Positions 28,360-36,784 of a stretch of 59,768 bases of DNA are shown here, in pieces. The position numbers and the translations under genes were made by a program. Source of the stretch: a virus (lineage: Duplodnaviria > Caudoviricetes); the IMG/VR virus record IMGVR_UViG_3300020200_000031, positions 1-59,768 of that record; one strand, written 5' to 3'. Under the pieces are notes generated by a model. That model did no database searches. It had not been told where the DNA came from and saw only the letters and a program-made list of their open reading frames with translations. The stretch's first letter is position 1. Each line of letters starts with the position of its first letter.

Positions 28360-31300
28360 TCAAACATCGTCAACCGGTTTTGTAGTTTTGTCGACAAAGG
28401 TAGACATTGCTGCTGACGCAATTTTTTCAAGTAATTCAGCAAATATTTCTGCCCTACTTCCAACTCCGCCACCCTTCCCTGCGGTTTTTTGTCTATCAAT
28501 TATTTCCATTACGGCGTCAAGAATTTGGTCAGCCTCGTCTGCTGAAATTTTGATTGAGCCCACATTTGTTCTTTTTGAGTTCGGCCGAAATGCGGCGGCT
28601 TCGTATTTTTTAATTTTTTCCTGAAGTATTGTCAAGCCTTTTTGAGTCAATTTTGAATCGGCTTCCCGAATCTCTTTGCCCAAGGAATCATCTATCTTTT
28701 TCCACCAAGTCGATTCATTAATAATTTCAGTTCTTGGCCGCTTTGTGGGGGTGGTTGAAGATGAAAGACCCCTACCGCCTTGTTTTTTGAATCTGTTTGT
28801 TTTTTGGAAACGACGGGCCTTGTTTATTGAATTATTAATCGTGGTGCTGCTAGGAAGGCCGCGGTCATCATAATCATCGTCGTCGCCGCCAAAGCGACTA
28901 TCAAGATTGTCTTCATCACGACCAACATCAAATTCATCAGGGTCGTCATCGTCTTGTTCAAGACGGCCCGACCTATCAAGTCGCCTACCCGACGCTCCGG
29001 CGCCGCTAATCATGTCTTCTTCCCCCAGGTCTTCTTGAGTATCGCTGCGCCGTTCTCCACCAAAATCGTCAAGAAGTTCTCGAATCTGGAACAAATAGTT
29101 ATGCACACCCTCTTCTGCCTTGTTAAATTTGCCTTTTCTGACGTCGTCATTTTTTAGTTTTGCAATTTCACGCAAACCCTCATCCAATTCATCAAGGGCT
29201 TCTTTGACCGACTCTGGGTTAGGGCGGTTGTTGTCGCCGCCATCGTCCGGAAAAGCCAACGCCATAACCCTGTCTATAAGGTCGATTGAGGCGGTCTCAA
29301 AATCGCTTCCCACCTGTTCTTTATCTTTGTTGGCCCTGCGTTGTTTGAAGAATTCCTCAAATGTGCTCCTGTACGCCGTCAACTTTTCTTCTAGTTCGCT
29401 ATTCCCCGATTTTCGAGGGCTTGTTTTGGGCGCGGGTTTTTTCTCTTCGGGCTTCGGGGTGTCCGGTTTAGCCGGTCTTTGATTTGACACCTGCGGTCTT
29501 GGGCGTCTTTCGCTCTCTATCTCGCGAAGACCTTTTCCCGATTCTCTTCTGAGACTTTCGTCTAACAAATAGTCATCAAATCTTTCGAGGAAGGCCTGCC
29601 ATTTTACGGCCCTATTTCGTTTCTTTAGGGCTTCATGATTTTTTACGAACCAGGCATATTGAGCATCGAAATCCATTTTGTCAAAATCTTCTGGGAATAT
29701 TCCTATATCTATGTAGGGTTTAAGTAAATTCTGACCTTTGTGGATGTAACTAATTTTTTTTCTACTGCTTTGCATTGGGTCCGGTTCAATGTGGAATGGT
29801 GGATTTTCCAGATTCTTGGGATAACCTGTGGATTTTTCCTTTTCGGCAGCCTTTTGCCCGGCACGTGTGTCTACGCCCCTCTTAATTCTTCGTTGGCCAA
29901 CAATTTCCTTGTCGCCAAGTTTTGTTTTGGGGCCAATTCGTATTTTTTTAGTAGGCGAAGCGGGTGCTTTTGATTTGTTTTTGCGTTCGAACTGGCCTGT
30001 TTTTACCAATTCATCCAAAATTCCAAATGCTGTGTGGCCTTTTTCATTATTTGCTTTTAAGTCAGCCACGCCGCCAAGTTCTTTAAATTCTTCACTAATT
30101 TGAGGCCATATTTCTTTGAATTTTGCCAACATTTCTGTATCTATTTTTGGCAAAAGAGTAGCATCATCAAAACGTGATGCCTCTTTTATTTCTTTAGCAA
30201 ATTGTTCAACAATTGTTGGTGGCGATGTAGAATTTTTAAGAAAATTATCAAACATTCTTACTAATCTGTTCTTCGATTTTCTAGGAATAAAAAATAGCAC
30301 AACTTCTCGGGGTGGTTTTTGTTCTGCCCATGCTTTCCACCACGTTTTGCCCCATTTCTCTTTAGGAAATGACTCTTTTTTAGGCTTATATCTATAAATT
30401 GGGTGGGGGAGGGGGGGGTTGTGGGTGGGAGATTTTGGAACTTCTGTATCTGAACTTAAACCTCGGTCGAAAACCCTTGTTGGGGCTGGCATTTCTCGCC
30501 ACGTCCCATCAAAAATTATGCCATCGTTGTCAACATCGCGGCGTTTTCGGGGGTCTAGTTCCCCTGTAATTTTAGCGAGCGCGGCCCTGCCGCGCCGAAC
30601 TTTTCCCCCACCACCCGGCACCAGCCTGCGACCAATTCGCCCTATTAAATTTTTGGTTGCAGTACCAATTGCTTCATGAGCATCATCATTAAGTGGGGAC
30701 ACCAATAAAATTCCGTCCTCGGTTACAACGGTTTCAATTCGGTGAAAATCAAAAAGAGGGTCAAGTGCTTGTTTTGTTTCAAAAGCGCTTTCGGGAGCAC
30801 ATGGAATAAGCCATGCATCTTCTTCGGTTTTTACACTAATCATATTTTGTAGAGAATTGGTGATTTCTAAAAGTTGCTGCGTTATTTCTTTTTGTTCCTG
30901 CTCCACAAGTTTTTTATTAAAAATGATGTCTAGGTCTATTTCCGATTTTGAAGAATCAAAAAACCCACTTTGGGTGTTTGAGTCACCATATTTAACGGGG
31001 ATAAGTGGCGTGCTGGGTATATACGGTTTTCTTTGAACGTTTGGAAAATTTGGAATTCGCTGCCCGGGTCTCATGCCTGGATTTGTGGTTGGCATTCCGG
31101 GCATTGGTCTCTCAATTACAACTGGGGAAGTAACCTGCTCAGGCTTGCCAAACATCCATTGATTTCCGTCAAAATGATAGGCAAGCCTAAAAATTCCTTT
31201 TCCAGGTTTTACAAAAAGAACAAAACTTTCCGTCGCTTTCATAACCTTGATTGGTCCACCGGTTCGAGAAGTTAGTTCTTGCTGGAGAGCCAAGATACGG

Positions 31301-31920
31301 TCATTATTGGCCGGCTGAGCAATCCCTTGGGCGAATGGGTCATTTGGTGTCTTGGGTTCTTCAATGGCTACTGCGGTGATGCCGCCCATTGGATACATGT
31401 GAACTTTTTCTTCTTCGCCTTTTACCGAGATTGTTCCGGTTAATTGATTGGCGCCATGCAAAACCGGACTTAACTCGTAAAGTTCCACCTCCCTAAGAAC
31501 ATTTGCTTGCCTACTGTTGTCAAAAATGGCATCAAGTGTTTTATATCCAATAGACCATTCTTGTTCTTCGCCAAAAAATGCAACGTTTGTAAATGCCTCT
31601 TTACCTTTTTCTGAATTCAAATTAAATTGAATTTTTGCGTACAGGCCGCCGATTCCGGCAATTTTCATTTTTTCTGGAAGACGTGGGTCGTTTGATGGAA
31701 CCTCGTAAATTTCCAATACTTTGCCAATTGGGTCATTCCAGTTATGGCCCCAAACCACACGCGGTTTTCTGCGTGTAAGGCTCTTTTGAAAAGCCCCCGC
31801 AACAACGATGTCGCCAACGCTGTCTTTGTTGCCGATTCCGGCCACAAAACATTCAACAATCCCCTGAGCCTCGTCTATGTTGAATTGCCCGTTATTTGAC
31901 TTAAATTGTATGTCTTGCAT
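28360..31920 (-). CDS. HK97-family prohead protease (peptidase S78) with ~1000-aa C-terminal extension
   Basis: GNKDSVGDIVVAGAF, WGHNWNDPIGK, WSIGY, LREVELYELSPVLHGAN; extension holds a DxDxDG module and three RGLxS motifs. ATG at 31920 preferred. Confidence 0.9.
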   Translation of the reverse strand: MQDIQFKSNNGQFNIDEAQGIVECFVAGIGNKDSVGDIVVAGAFQKSLTRRKPRVVWGHNWNDPIGKVLEIYEVPSNDPRLPEKMKIAGIGGLYAKIQFNLNSEKGKEAFTNVAFFGEEQEWSIGYKTLDAIFDNSRQANVLREVELYELSPVLHGANQLTGTISVKGEEEKVHMYPMGGITAVAIEEPKTPNDPFAQGIAQPANNDRILALQQELTSRTGGPIKVMKATESFVLFVKPGKGIFRLAYHFDGNQWMFGKPEQVTSPVVIERPMPGMPTTNPGMRPGQRIPNFPNVQRKPYIPSTPLIPVKYGDSNTQSGFFDSSKSEIDLDIIFNKKLVEQEQKEITQQLLEITNSLQNMISVKTEEDAWLIPCAPESAFETKQALDPLFDFHRIETVVTEDGILLVSPLNDDAHEAIGTATKNLIGRIGRRLVPGGGGKVRRGRAALAKITGELDPRKRRDVDNDGIIFDGTWREMPAPTRVFDRGLSSDTEVPKSPTHNPPLPHPIYRYKPKKESFPKEKWGKTWWKAWAEQKPPREVVLFFIPRKSKNRLVRMFDNFLKNSTSPPTIVEQFAKEIKEASRFDDATLLPKIDTEMLAKFKEIWPQISEEFKELGGVADLKANNEKGHTAFGILDELVKTGQFERKNKSKAPASPTKKIRIGPKTKLGDKEIVGQRRIKRGVDTRAGQKAAEKEKSTGYPKNLENPPFHIEPDPMQSSRKKISYIHKGQNLLKPYIDIGIFPEDFDKMDFDAQYAWFVKNHEALKKRNRAVKWQAFLERFDDYLLDESLRRESGKGLREIESERRPRPQVSNQRPAKPDTPKPEEKKPAPKTSPRKSGNSELEEKLTAYRSTFEEFFKQRRANKDKEQVGSDFETASIDLIDRVMALAFPDDGGDNNRPNPESVKEALDELDEGLREIAKLKNDDVRKGKFNKAEEGVHNYLFQIRELLDDFGGERRSDTQEDLGEEDMISGAGASGRRLDRSGRLEQDDDDPDEFDVGRDEDNLDSRFGGDDDDYDDRGLPSSTTINNSINKARRFQKTNRFKKQGGRGLSSSTTPTKRPRTEIINESTWWKKIDDSLGKEIREADSKLTQKGLTILQEKIKKYEAAAFRPNSKRTNVGSIKISADEADQILDAVMEIIDRQKTAGKGGGVGSRAEIFAELLEKIASAAMSTFVDKTTKPVDDV

Positions 31921-31943
31921 CCGCATTCCTTTGCGACTTAGCA

Positions 31944-31979
31944 ATGATAAACGAATTTAGTCTCTATCCATTGAAGGTA
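31944..31979 (-). promoter_or_regulatory. Putative promoter TACCTTCA-N22-TATCAT
   Basis: Intergenic between portal and protease; next to a 9-bp inverted repeat atttctgta / tacagaaat (31979-32012). Confidence 0.35.
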
Positions 31980-32011
31980 TTTCTGTAATTAATTTTTAAC
32001 AAATACAGAAA

Positions 32012-34033
32012 TTAATTTGCAAAACCCCAGGCAATTCGCGCTTGTTCTATAGAAACCTCATTGACGGTCTTGGCAAGAATATTTGAAAATATGGCCACAC
32101 ATTTTGCGCGGAAATCGATATTTCTCTTGTCGGCATCCTTGGTATGCAGGCTCGATATGTAGGCAGAATTTAAGCCTTCATACAACATTTCGTTTACTTG
32201 TTTAAATTTTTCAATTTGTGTATCGAGTTGGGCAACAATGTCGATTTTATTTAGGGATTTTTCTGAAAATTCCAATCCATCGTAAATAATTGTCGACAAA
32301 ACAGGACGAATATCCTCGTCAAATTGTTTGTTCCAAACATCGGAATTGAAAATACTTTCCACGACAAATCCGTTGCTTGCTATTGCCCGCTTTGATTTGA
32401 TGCCACCTAGTTTTTCCAGAGTAACTCGCTGCTGGCGTTCAACCAATCTTTCAAAAGCCCTGTTCAAAATTGCAGCCCATCGCTGTAGGGACACGTTGTC
32501 TTCTTTTGTTTCGATGAAACCTAGGGGCTCAATAGACGCCTGTTGCTGTGGGGCAAGTGCCGCGTTTTGTACGCCCGCATCAGCCGGAGGCGGAGTCGGC
32601 TCGGGTGGCAATTGGGGCTGGCTGGCGGCGGCCAATGAGCCCGCCATTGTGTTTGGGTCAAGCGGGCTGGGAATATTGCCTTGGGCATCAGGCATTCCCG
32701 GAACGGCTGGTTGTCCTTCGGCGCCCGGAGCGGGCATTCCCGGCATTCCCGGCATTCCCGGCATTCCCGGCATTCCGGCTTGGGGCTGTTGTTCCATTTT
32801 CTTTTCGGTGTTTGCGATTGGAGTCAGATTTGGATTCATCAACAAAGAGTCAGCAAGGTCACTTTCTACCTTTTTGCGACTTGTCAACTCCCTATATTCG
32901 TTGGTGCTAATTAATCCCATTTGAACTTCATCCATGAAGTAACGAGAACGCTCTTGTTTATACAAAATCAATATGGGAACGCTCGAAACATCAAAATCAA
33001 CGTAATTGACTTCGTCTAGTTCGTCAAACCCTCGAGCCAACAAATCGAGGTGAGGCAACATGGTTTCATTCCAGAACACACGGTGTTCTTCTGCTGCGTT
33101 TGCAAAAGTCCTGCCCGAGGCATTCCCAATGACTGATTCTGGAACCCCAAACGCTGCGAGAATTTCTTCTTTTTGAATTTGTCGCATTTGCACGTAGGCC
33201 GCGTCGCGCGGATTTGCGGACGTATCGACATAATCAACACCCTCGTCGGAAGAAATTACCGTCGTATAACCGGCCCTCCCTATATTTCCGCGAAATCTAT
33301 TCCTCAACTCATCCTTGTCGTCGTCGTTAATTTCTCCTTTAACAACCAAAATGCCGCCGGGTCGGCCATCGTTTATCAAATAATTTCTGTTATAAACTTT
33401 TGCCAAATTTTCGATTTCAATTGCGATGCCCGCAGACTCCATTGGCGTAAGAGATAGGTATGGGTCAAGCGGGTGGGGGCGACGAATCCATAGCACGTCG
33501 TCTTTTTTCATTATGATTTTGTTACCGTTTGGCAAATCGACCTCGTATCCAGCAACGAATGTTTTTTCGTGAGGAATCGGTGCGGTGAATTGCGGCGGCA
33601 GAAGGTTTAGTCCAATCAGGCGACCGTCACGACCTTTTATTTTTTCGATAAATGCGCCACGTGAACTCATCAATAATTGGGACGAAAGTCTGTACCTAAA
33701 GATAAATGCATTTTCGGCGTCATTGGATTTTGTGTTAAAAATTTCGATTAAGGGCGAACGCAATGCCCGGCGCCCAGTCAAAATTTGACCATCTCTCGAA
33801 TTATCTTTGCGAAGAATAATTGAGAGCCTCGCCTGGTTGCCGGCGATGGCGTCGATGCAACGCTGTACCCACGTAATTTTTTGGAACCCTTCGCGATACG
33901 CGCGCTCGATATCCCACATGTCGTGGTAGGGCCTGCCCAAACGACCCGGGTCCATGTTGACCGGCAGGCCAGGGCCCAAAGACTTTATGCCTTGATTCCC
34001 AAGGGATTTATTGTTTGACGAGTTCCAGGCCAT
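32012..34033 (-). CDS. Portal protein, HK97 family, with Pro-rich linker and C-terminal extension
   Basis: WVQRCIDAIA, LLPPQ, HPLDPYLSLTP, NDGRPGGIL, EILAAFGVPESVIG, ISTNEYRE. Confidence 0.93.
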   Translation of the reverse strand: MAWNSSNNKSLGNQGIKSLGPGLPVNMDPGRLGRPYHDMWDIERAYREGFQKITWVQRCIDAIAGNQARLSIILRKDNSRDGQILTGRRALRSPLIEIFNTKSNDAENAFIFRYRLSSQLLMSSRGAFIEKIKGRDGRLIGLNLLPPQFTAPIPHEKTFVAGYEVDLPNGNKIIMKKDDVLWIRRPHPLDPYLSLTPMESAGIAIEIENLAKVYNRNYLINDGRPGGILVVKGEINDDDKDELRNRFRGNIGRAGYTTVISSDEGVDYVDTSANPRDAAYVQMRQIQKEEILAAFGVPESVIGNASGRTFANAAEEHRVFWNETMLPHLDLLARGFDELDEVNYVDFDVSSVPILILYKQERSRYFMDEVQMGLISTNEYRELTSRKKVESDLADSLLMNPNLTPIANTEKKMEQQPQAGMPGMPGMPGMPGMPAPGAEGQPAVPGMPDAQGNIPSPLDPNTMAGSLAAASQPQLPPEPTPPPADAGVQNAALAPQQQASIEPLGFIETKEDNVSLQRWAAILNRAFERLVERQQRVTLEKLGGIKSKRAIASNGFVVESIFNSDVWNKQFDEDIRPVLSTIIYDGLEFSEKSLNKIDIVAQLDTQIEKFKQVNEMLYEGLNSAYISSLHTKDADKRNIDFRAKCVAIFSNILAKTVNEVSIEQARIAWGFAN
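32733..32777. repeat. 9-bp tandem repeat (ggcattccc)x5 encoding (GMP)5 in the portal
   Basis: Directly visible tandem array, in frame. Confidence 0.9.
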
Positions 34034-34040
34034 TTAAAAA

Positions 34041-34220
34041 TTACTCAGCGCCCAATAGATATCCGAAAAGACCACAACCAACTCCTGCAATAATAAAGCC
34101 GACAGGCGGCGCTATGAGAAAGCCTCCTATTGCAGTAAATAGTATAAATGACGCCATTAGCATGTGAGCGAACGTCACTCGGTTTGCCTTTAATTTGAGC
34201 AACGCAATAATTTTTTTCAT
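34041..34220 (-). CDS. Small membrane protein upstream of portal (59 aa)
   Basis: Read manually: MKKIIALLKLKANRVTFAHMLMASFILFTAIGGFLIAPPVGFIIAGVGCGLFGYLLGAE. Two TM helices, a common position before HK97-type portals. Confidence 0.75.
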   Translation of the reverse strand: MKKIIALLKLKANRVTFAHMLMASFILFTAIGGFLIAPPVGFIIAGVGCGLFGYLLGAE

Positions 34221-34274
34221 GCTGTAGTAAACTAGCGCACTTGTTGGGCTACGATTGAATACAGTGGTTTTTAA
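34221..34274. promoter_or_regulatory. Divergent promoter region
   Basis: 54-bp gap between opposed operons; TACGAT (+) and TAGTTT (-) -10-like hexamers. Confidence 0.45.
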
Positions 34275-35579
34275 ATGAGTGACTGGAAAAAAATACTAGA
34301 ATATCTCGAGCCAAAACCCCCTCAATTTTGTCCTGAAGAACCGTCAATAAATCAAAGAGTTTTTTTAAGGACATATTCAATTGAGGCGTTATTTGGTGGT
34401 GCGGCGGGCGGCGGTAAATCATCCGCCCTGCTTATGGCCGCCCTTCAATATGTTGACGTGCCGGGGTATTCAGCGATTTTGTTTAGGAAAACATTCGCTG
34501 ACTTAGCCCTTCCTGGCGCTCTTATGGACAGGTTCAGGTCTTGGGTTGGGCTGCATGATAATGTCCACTGGAATAACAACAGTTTTATCGCCACGTTCCC
34601 GTCTGGGGCCCGGATTGCTTTTGGCTACCTAAATAATTCAAACGACTATTTAAGGTATAAGGGCTCCGAATACCAATTTATAGGCATGGATGAAGTGACC
34701 GAAATAAGGGAAAACGATTATCGATATTTGTTTTCGCGTCTTCGTCGCCCGCCTAGCGGACCCCTTTCGGAGGTGCCACTTAGGATGAGGTGCGCCTCGA
34801 ACCCGGCCCCAAACTGGGTGCGTCAGCGTTTCATAGTTGAAGGAAAGGAAAAAGGCAGAATATTTGTTCCTTCACGCCTTACCGACAACCCGGGAATTGA
34901 TGCCGAGTCCTATCGGCAGGCCCTAGCGGCGTTAGACCCTGTTGAGCGTAAGCGCCTTGAAGAAGGCGATTGGTGGTCAACCACCCTTGGAACCATGTTC
35001 GACAGAACTTCTGTCGTCATTATAGATAATGACGAAATTCCCGTAGGAACCTCAGCATCTCGGGTCGTTAGGTTTTGGGACCTGGCGGCAACCGAACCCA
35101 ACCAATCGACGCCTGACCCCGACTGGACGGTTGGCACCCTGATGATGTTTGACCAGGGTGTTGCCTATGTTTTGGACGTCAGGAAAAAGCGAATTAAGTC
35201 TGACAAAGTAGAGCAATTTGTTGCCCAAACGGCCTATGAAGACGGTGCTGCCGTGGCAATTCGAATGGAACAGGAGCCTGGCTCGTCAGGCAAGGCGATT
35301 ATTGACCAGTTTGCCAGATACGTTTTGCCGGGTTTTGATTTTGGCGCGAATAGGTCTACGGGCGACAAAATTACCAGAGCAAGGCCATTTGCTGCCGCCT
35401 TGGCCAATGGGAATGTGAGGGTAATACGTGGCCCATGGCTTAATGATTGGTTGGACGAATTTTCTGCTTTTCCAGAAGCCTGTCCACATGACGACCAGGT
35501 CGACTCGGCAACGGGCGCTTTTAATTATTTAACCGGCCTCGGGTTGCCACAAAGGAGAAAAGTCAGTATCGTTGTATAG
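34275..35579 (+). CDS. terL: Terminase large subunit
   Basis: Walker A GGAAGGGKS, Walker B FIGMDE, motif III ASNP, nuclease RFWDLAA and HDDQVDS. Confidence 0.95.
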   Translation: MSDWKKILEYLEPKPPQFCPEEPSINQRVFLRTYSIEALFGGAAGGGKSSALLMAALQYVDVPGYSAILFRKTFADLALPGALMDRFRSWVGLHDNVHWNNNSFIATFPSGARIAFGYLNNSNDYLRYKGSEYQFIGMDEVTEIRENDYRYLFSRLRRPPSGPLSEVPLRMRCASNPAPNWVRQRFIVEGKEKGRIFVPSRLTDNPGIDAESYRQALAALDPVERKRLEEGDWWSTTLGTMFDRTSVVIIDNDEIPVGTSASRVVRFWDLAATEPNQSTPDPDWTVGTLMMFDQGVAYVLDVRKKRIKSDKVEQFVAQTAYEDGAAVAIRMEQEPGSSGKAIIDQFARYVLPGFDFGANRSTGDKITRARPFAAALANGNVRVIRGPWLNDWLDEFSAFPEACPHDDQVDSATGAFNYLTGLGLPQRRKVSIVV

Positions 35580-35621
35580 CGACAGTCATTATCTATCTAA
35601 TTACTATCAAGGGGTTATTAA

Positions 35622-36131
35622 ATGGAAAAGTTTGATGTTTCAATTTTGGAACAAATTTTGCAGTATCTGCATGGGGCGGATACTTTGCTTTCAAAATACC
35701 TAGAAACATCGTCAGACCCAAATGAGGCCGCAGAAATCTTGATTCAACTCAATATTATCAAGCGAGATATGGCCATGGTCTACGATTCGTTTTCCGGAGG
35801 GGTTGCAAGGTTGATGGGGAATCTTGGCTCTATTGAAACAGCGTCTGGCGCTATCGTTGAAAAAAAGAGCGGCGTAGACCGAAAAAAATGGATGCACGCA
35901 GAACTTGCTTCAGCGGTTGCTCAACGTCTTTCGGAAATGTCTATTGACATGGATACTGGTGAAAGAATTATGACGGCAGAAGAAATGGTTCAAAAGTTGC
36001 TTGATTACGCTGCGGTTTCGTATTGGAGGGTTGGTAAATTGGGCGAACTCGGAATTAACCCTGATATTTATTGTGAGCAAGGCGAACATAAAACAAATAT
36101 TATTGTCAGATTAGGAGATAAAAACAAATGA
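35622..36131 (+). CDS. Hypothetical protein coupled to recombinase gene
   Basis: 169 aa, ATGA overlap with the Rad52-like gene. Confidence 0.7.
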   Translation: MEKFDVSILEQILQYLHGADTLLSKYLETSSDPNEAAEILIQLNIIKRDMAMVYDSFSGGVARLMGNLGSIETASGAIVEKKSGVDRKKWMHAELASAVAQRLSEMSIDMDTGERIMTAEEMVQKLLDYAAVSYWRVGKLGELGINPDIYCEQGEHKTNIIVRLGDKNK

Positions 36132-36784
36132 GTGATATATATGGGCGGTTATCAGAACCATTTCCACAAGAAATGGAAAAATCAATTAATAAAGGTGGGG
36201 TAAATTTAACCTATATTCCTGTTAGCGAAGTCATCAATCGCTTGAACAAAGTGCTTGGTGTTGATAAATGGTCATTTAGAATTTTGCTTTGTCAGCGCGA
36301 TGAGACGGACCCAGAATTCGTCGTAGCGCACGTACGTATCGATTGGTCCCCAGAGGATAGTTTGGGCGTTTCGCGCGATGGTTTTGGGGGCCAAAAGATT
36401 AAGCGGAACAAACAGGGTGGAATTGTTGACCTTGGCGATGAATTTAAAGGTGCAATTTCTGACGCCCTCAAAAAAGCCGCCCAGTCTTTTGGTGTTGGTC
36501 TTTACCTTGCCCGCACCGAAGACGCAATTGAAATTGAGCAAGTGATAGAGGCAACGAATACCCCCTTGTCAGAACATGAACAAAAGTGGGAAAATTTCAA
36601 GGGAATGTCAAGGTCACTAAACAAAACACAAAAAGACAAACTTTCATCGGCTTGGCTCAAAACCTACGGAAACAAACCAAAACCAATGTCGGCATCTGAT
36701 GTGGACAGCGAAGCGCTCGATTTTCTTTTAGCCGAAGCGGTTGCTGCTTCGTTTGGGGCCACAATTGTTTCCGAATCAGAATAA
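36128..36784 (+). CDS. Rad52/Rad22 (Sak-like) single-strand annealing protein
   Basis: LTYIPVSEVINRLNKVLG..WSF and KGAISDALKKAAQSFGVGLYL. Confidence 0.9.
   Translation: MSDIYGRLSEPFPQEMEKSINKGGVNLTYIPVSEVINRLNKVLGVDKWSFRILLCQRDETDPEFVVAHVRIDWSPEDSLGVSRDGFGGQKIKRNKQGGIVDLGDEFKGAISDALKKAAQSFGVGLYLARTEDAIEIEQVIEATNTPLSEHEQKWENFKGMSRSLNKTQKDKLSSAWLKTYGNKPKPMSASDVDSEALDFLLAEAVAASFGATIVSESE

Noticed and set aside
6479-30465. RGLxSST copies as DNA repeats, CRISPR-like array or recombination sites
   Set aside because: Nucleotide sequences differ at synonymous positions and spacing is irregular; conservation is at peptide level.
28360-34033. MuF (SPP1 gp7-like) domain or inteins explaining the long portal and protease
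   Set aside because: No MuF HPNCRC-type motif and no intein splice or LAGLIDADG motifs recognised.
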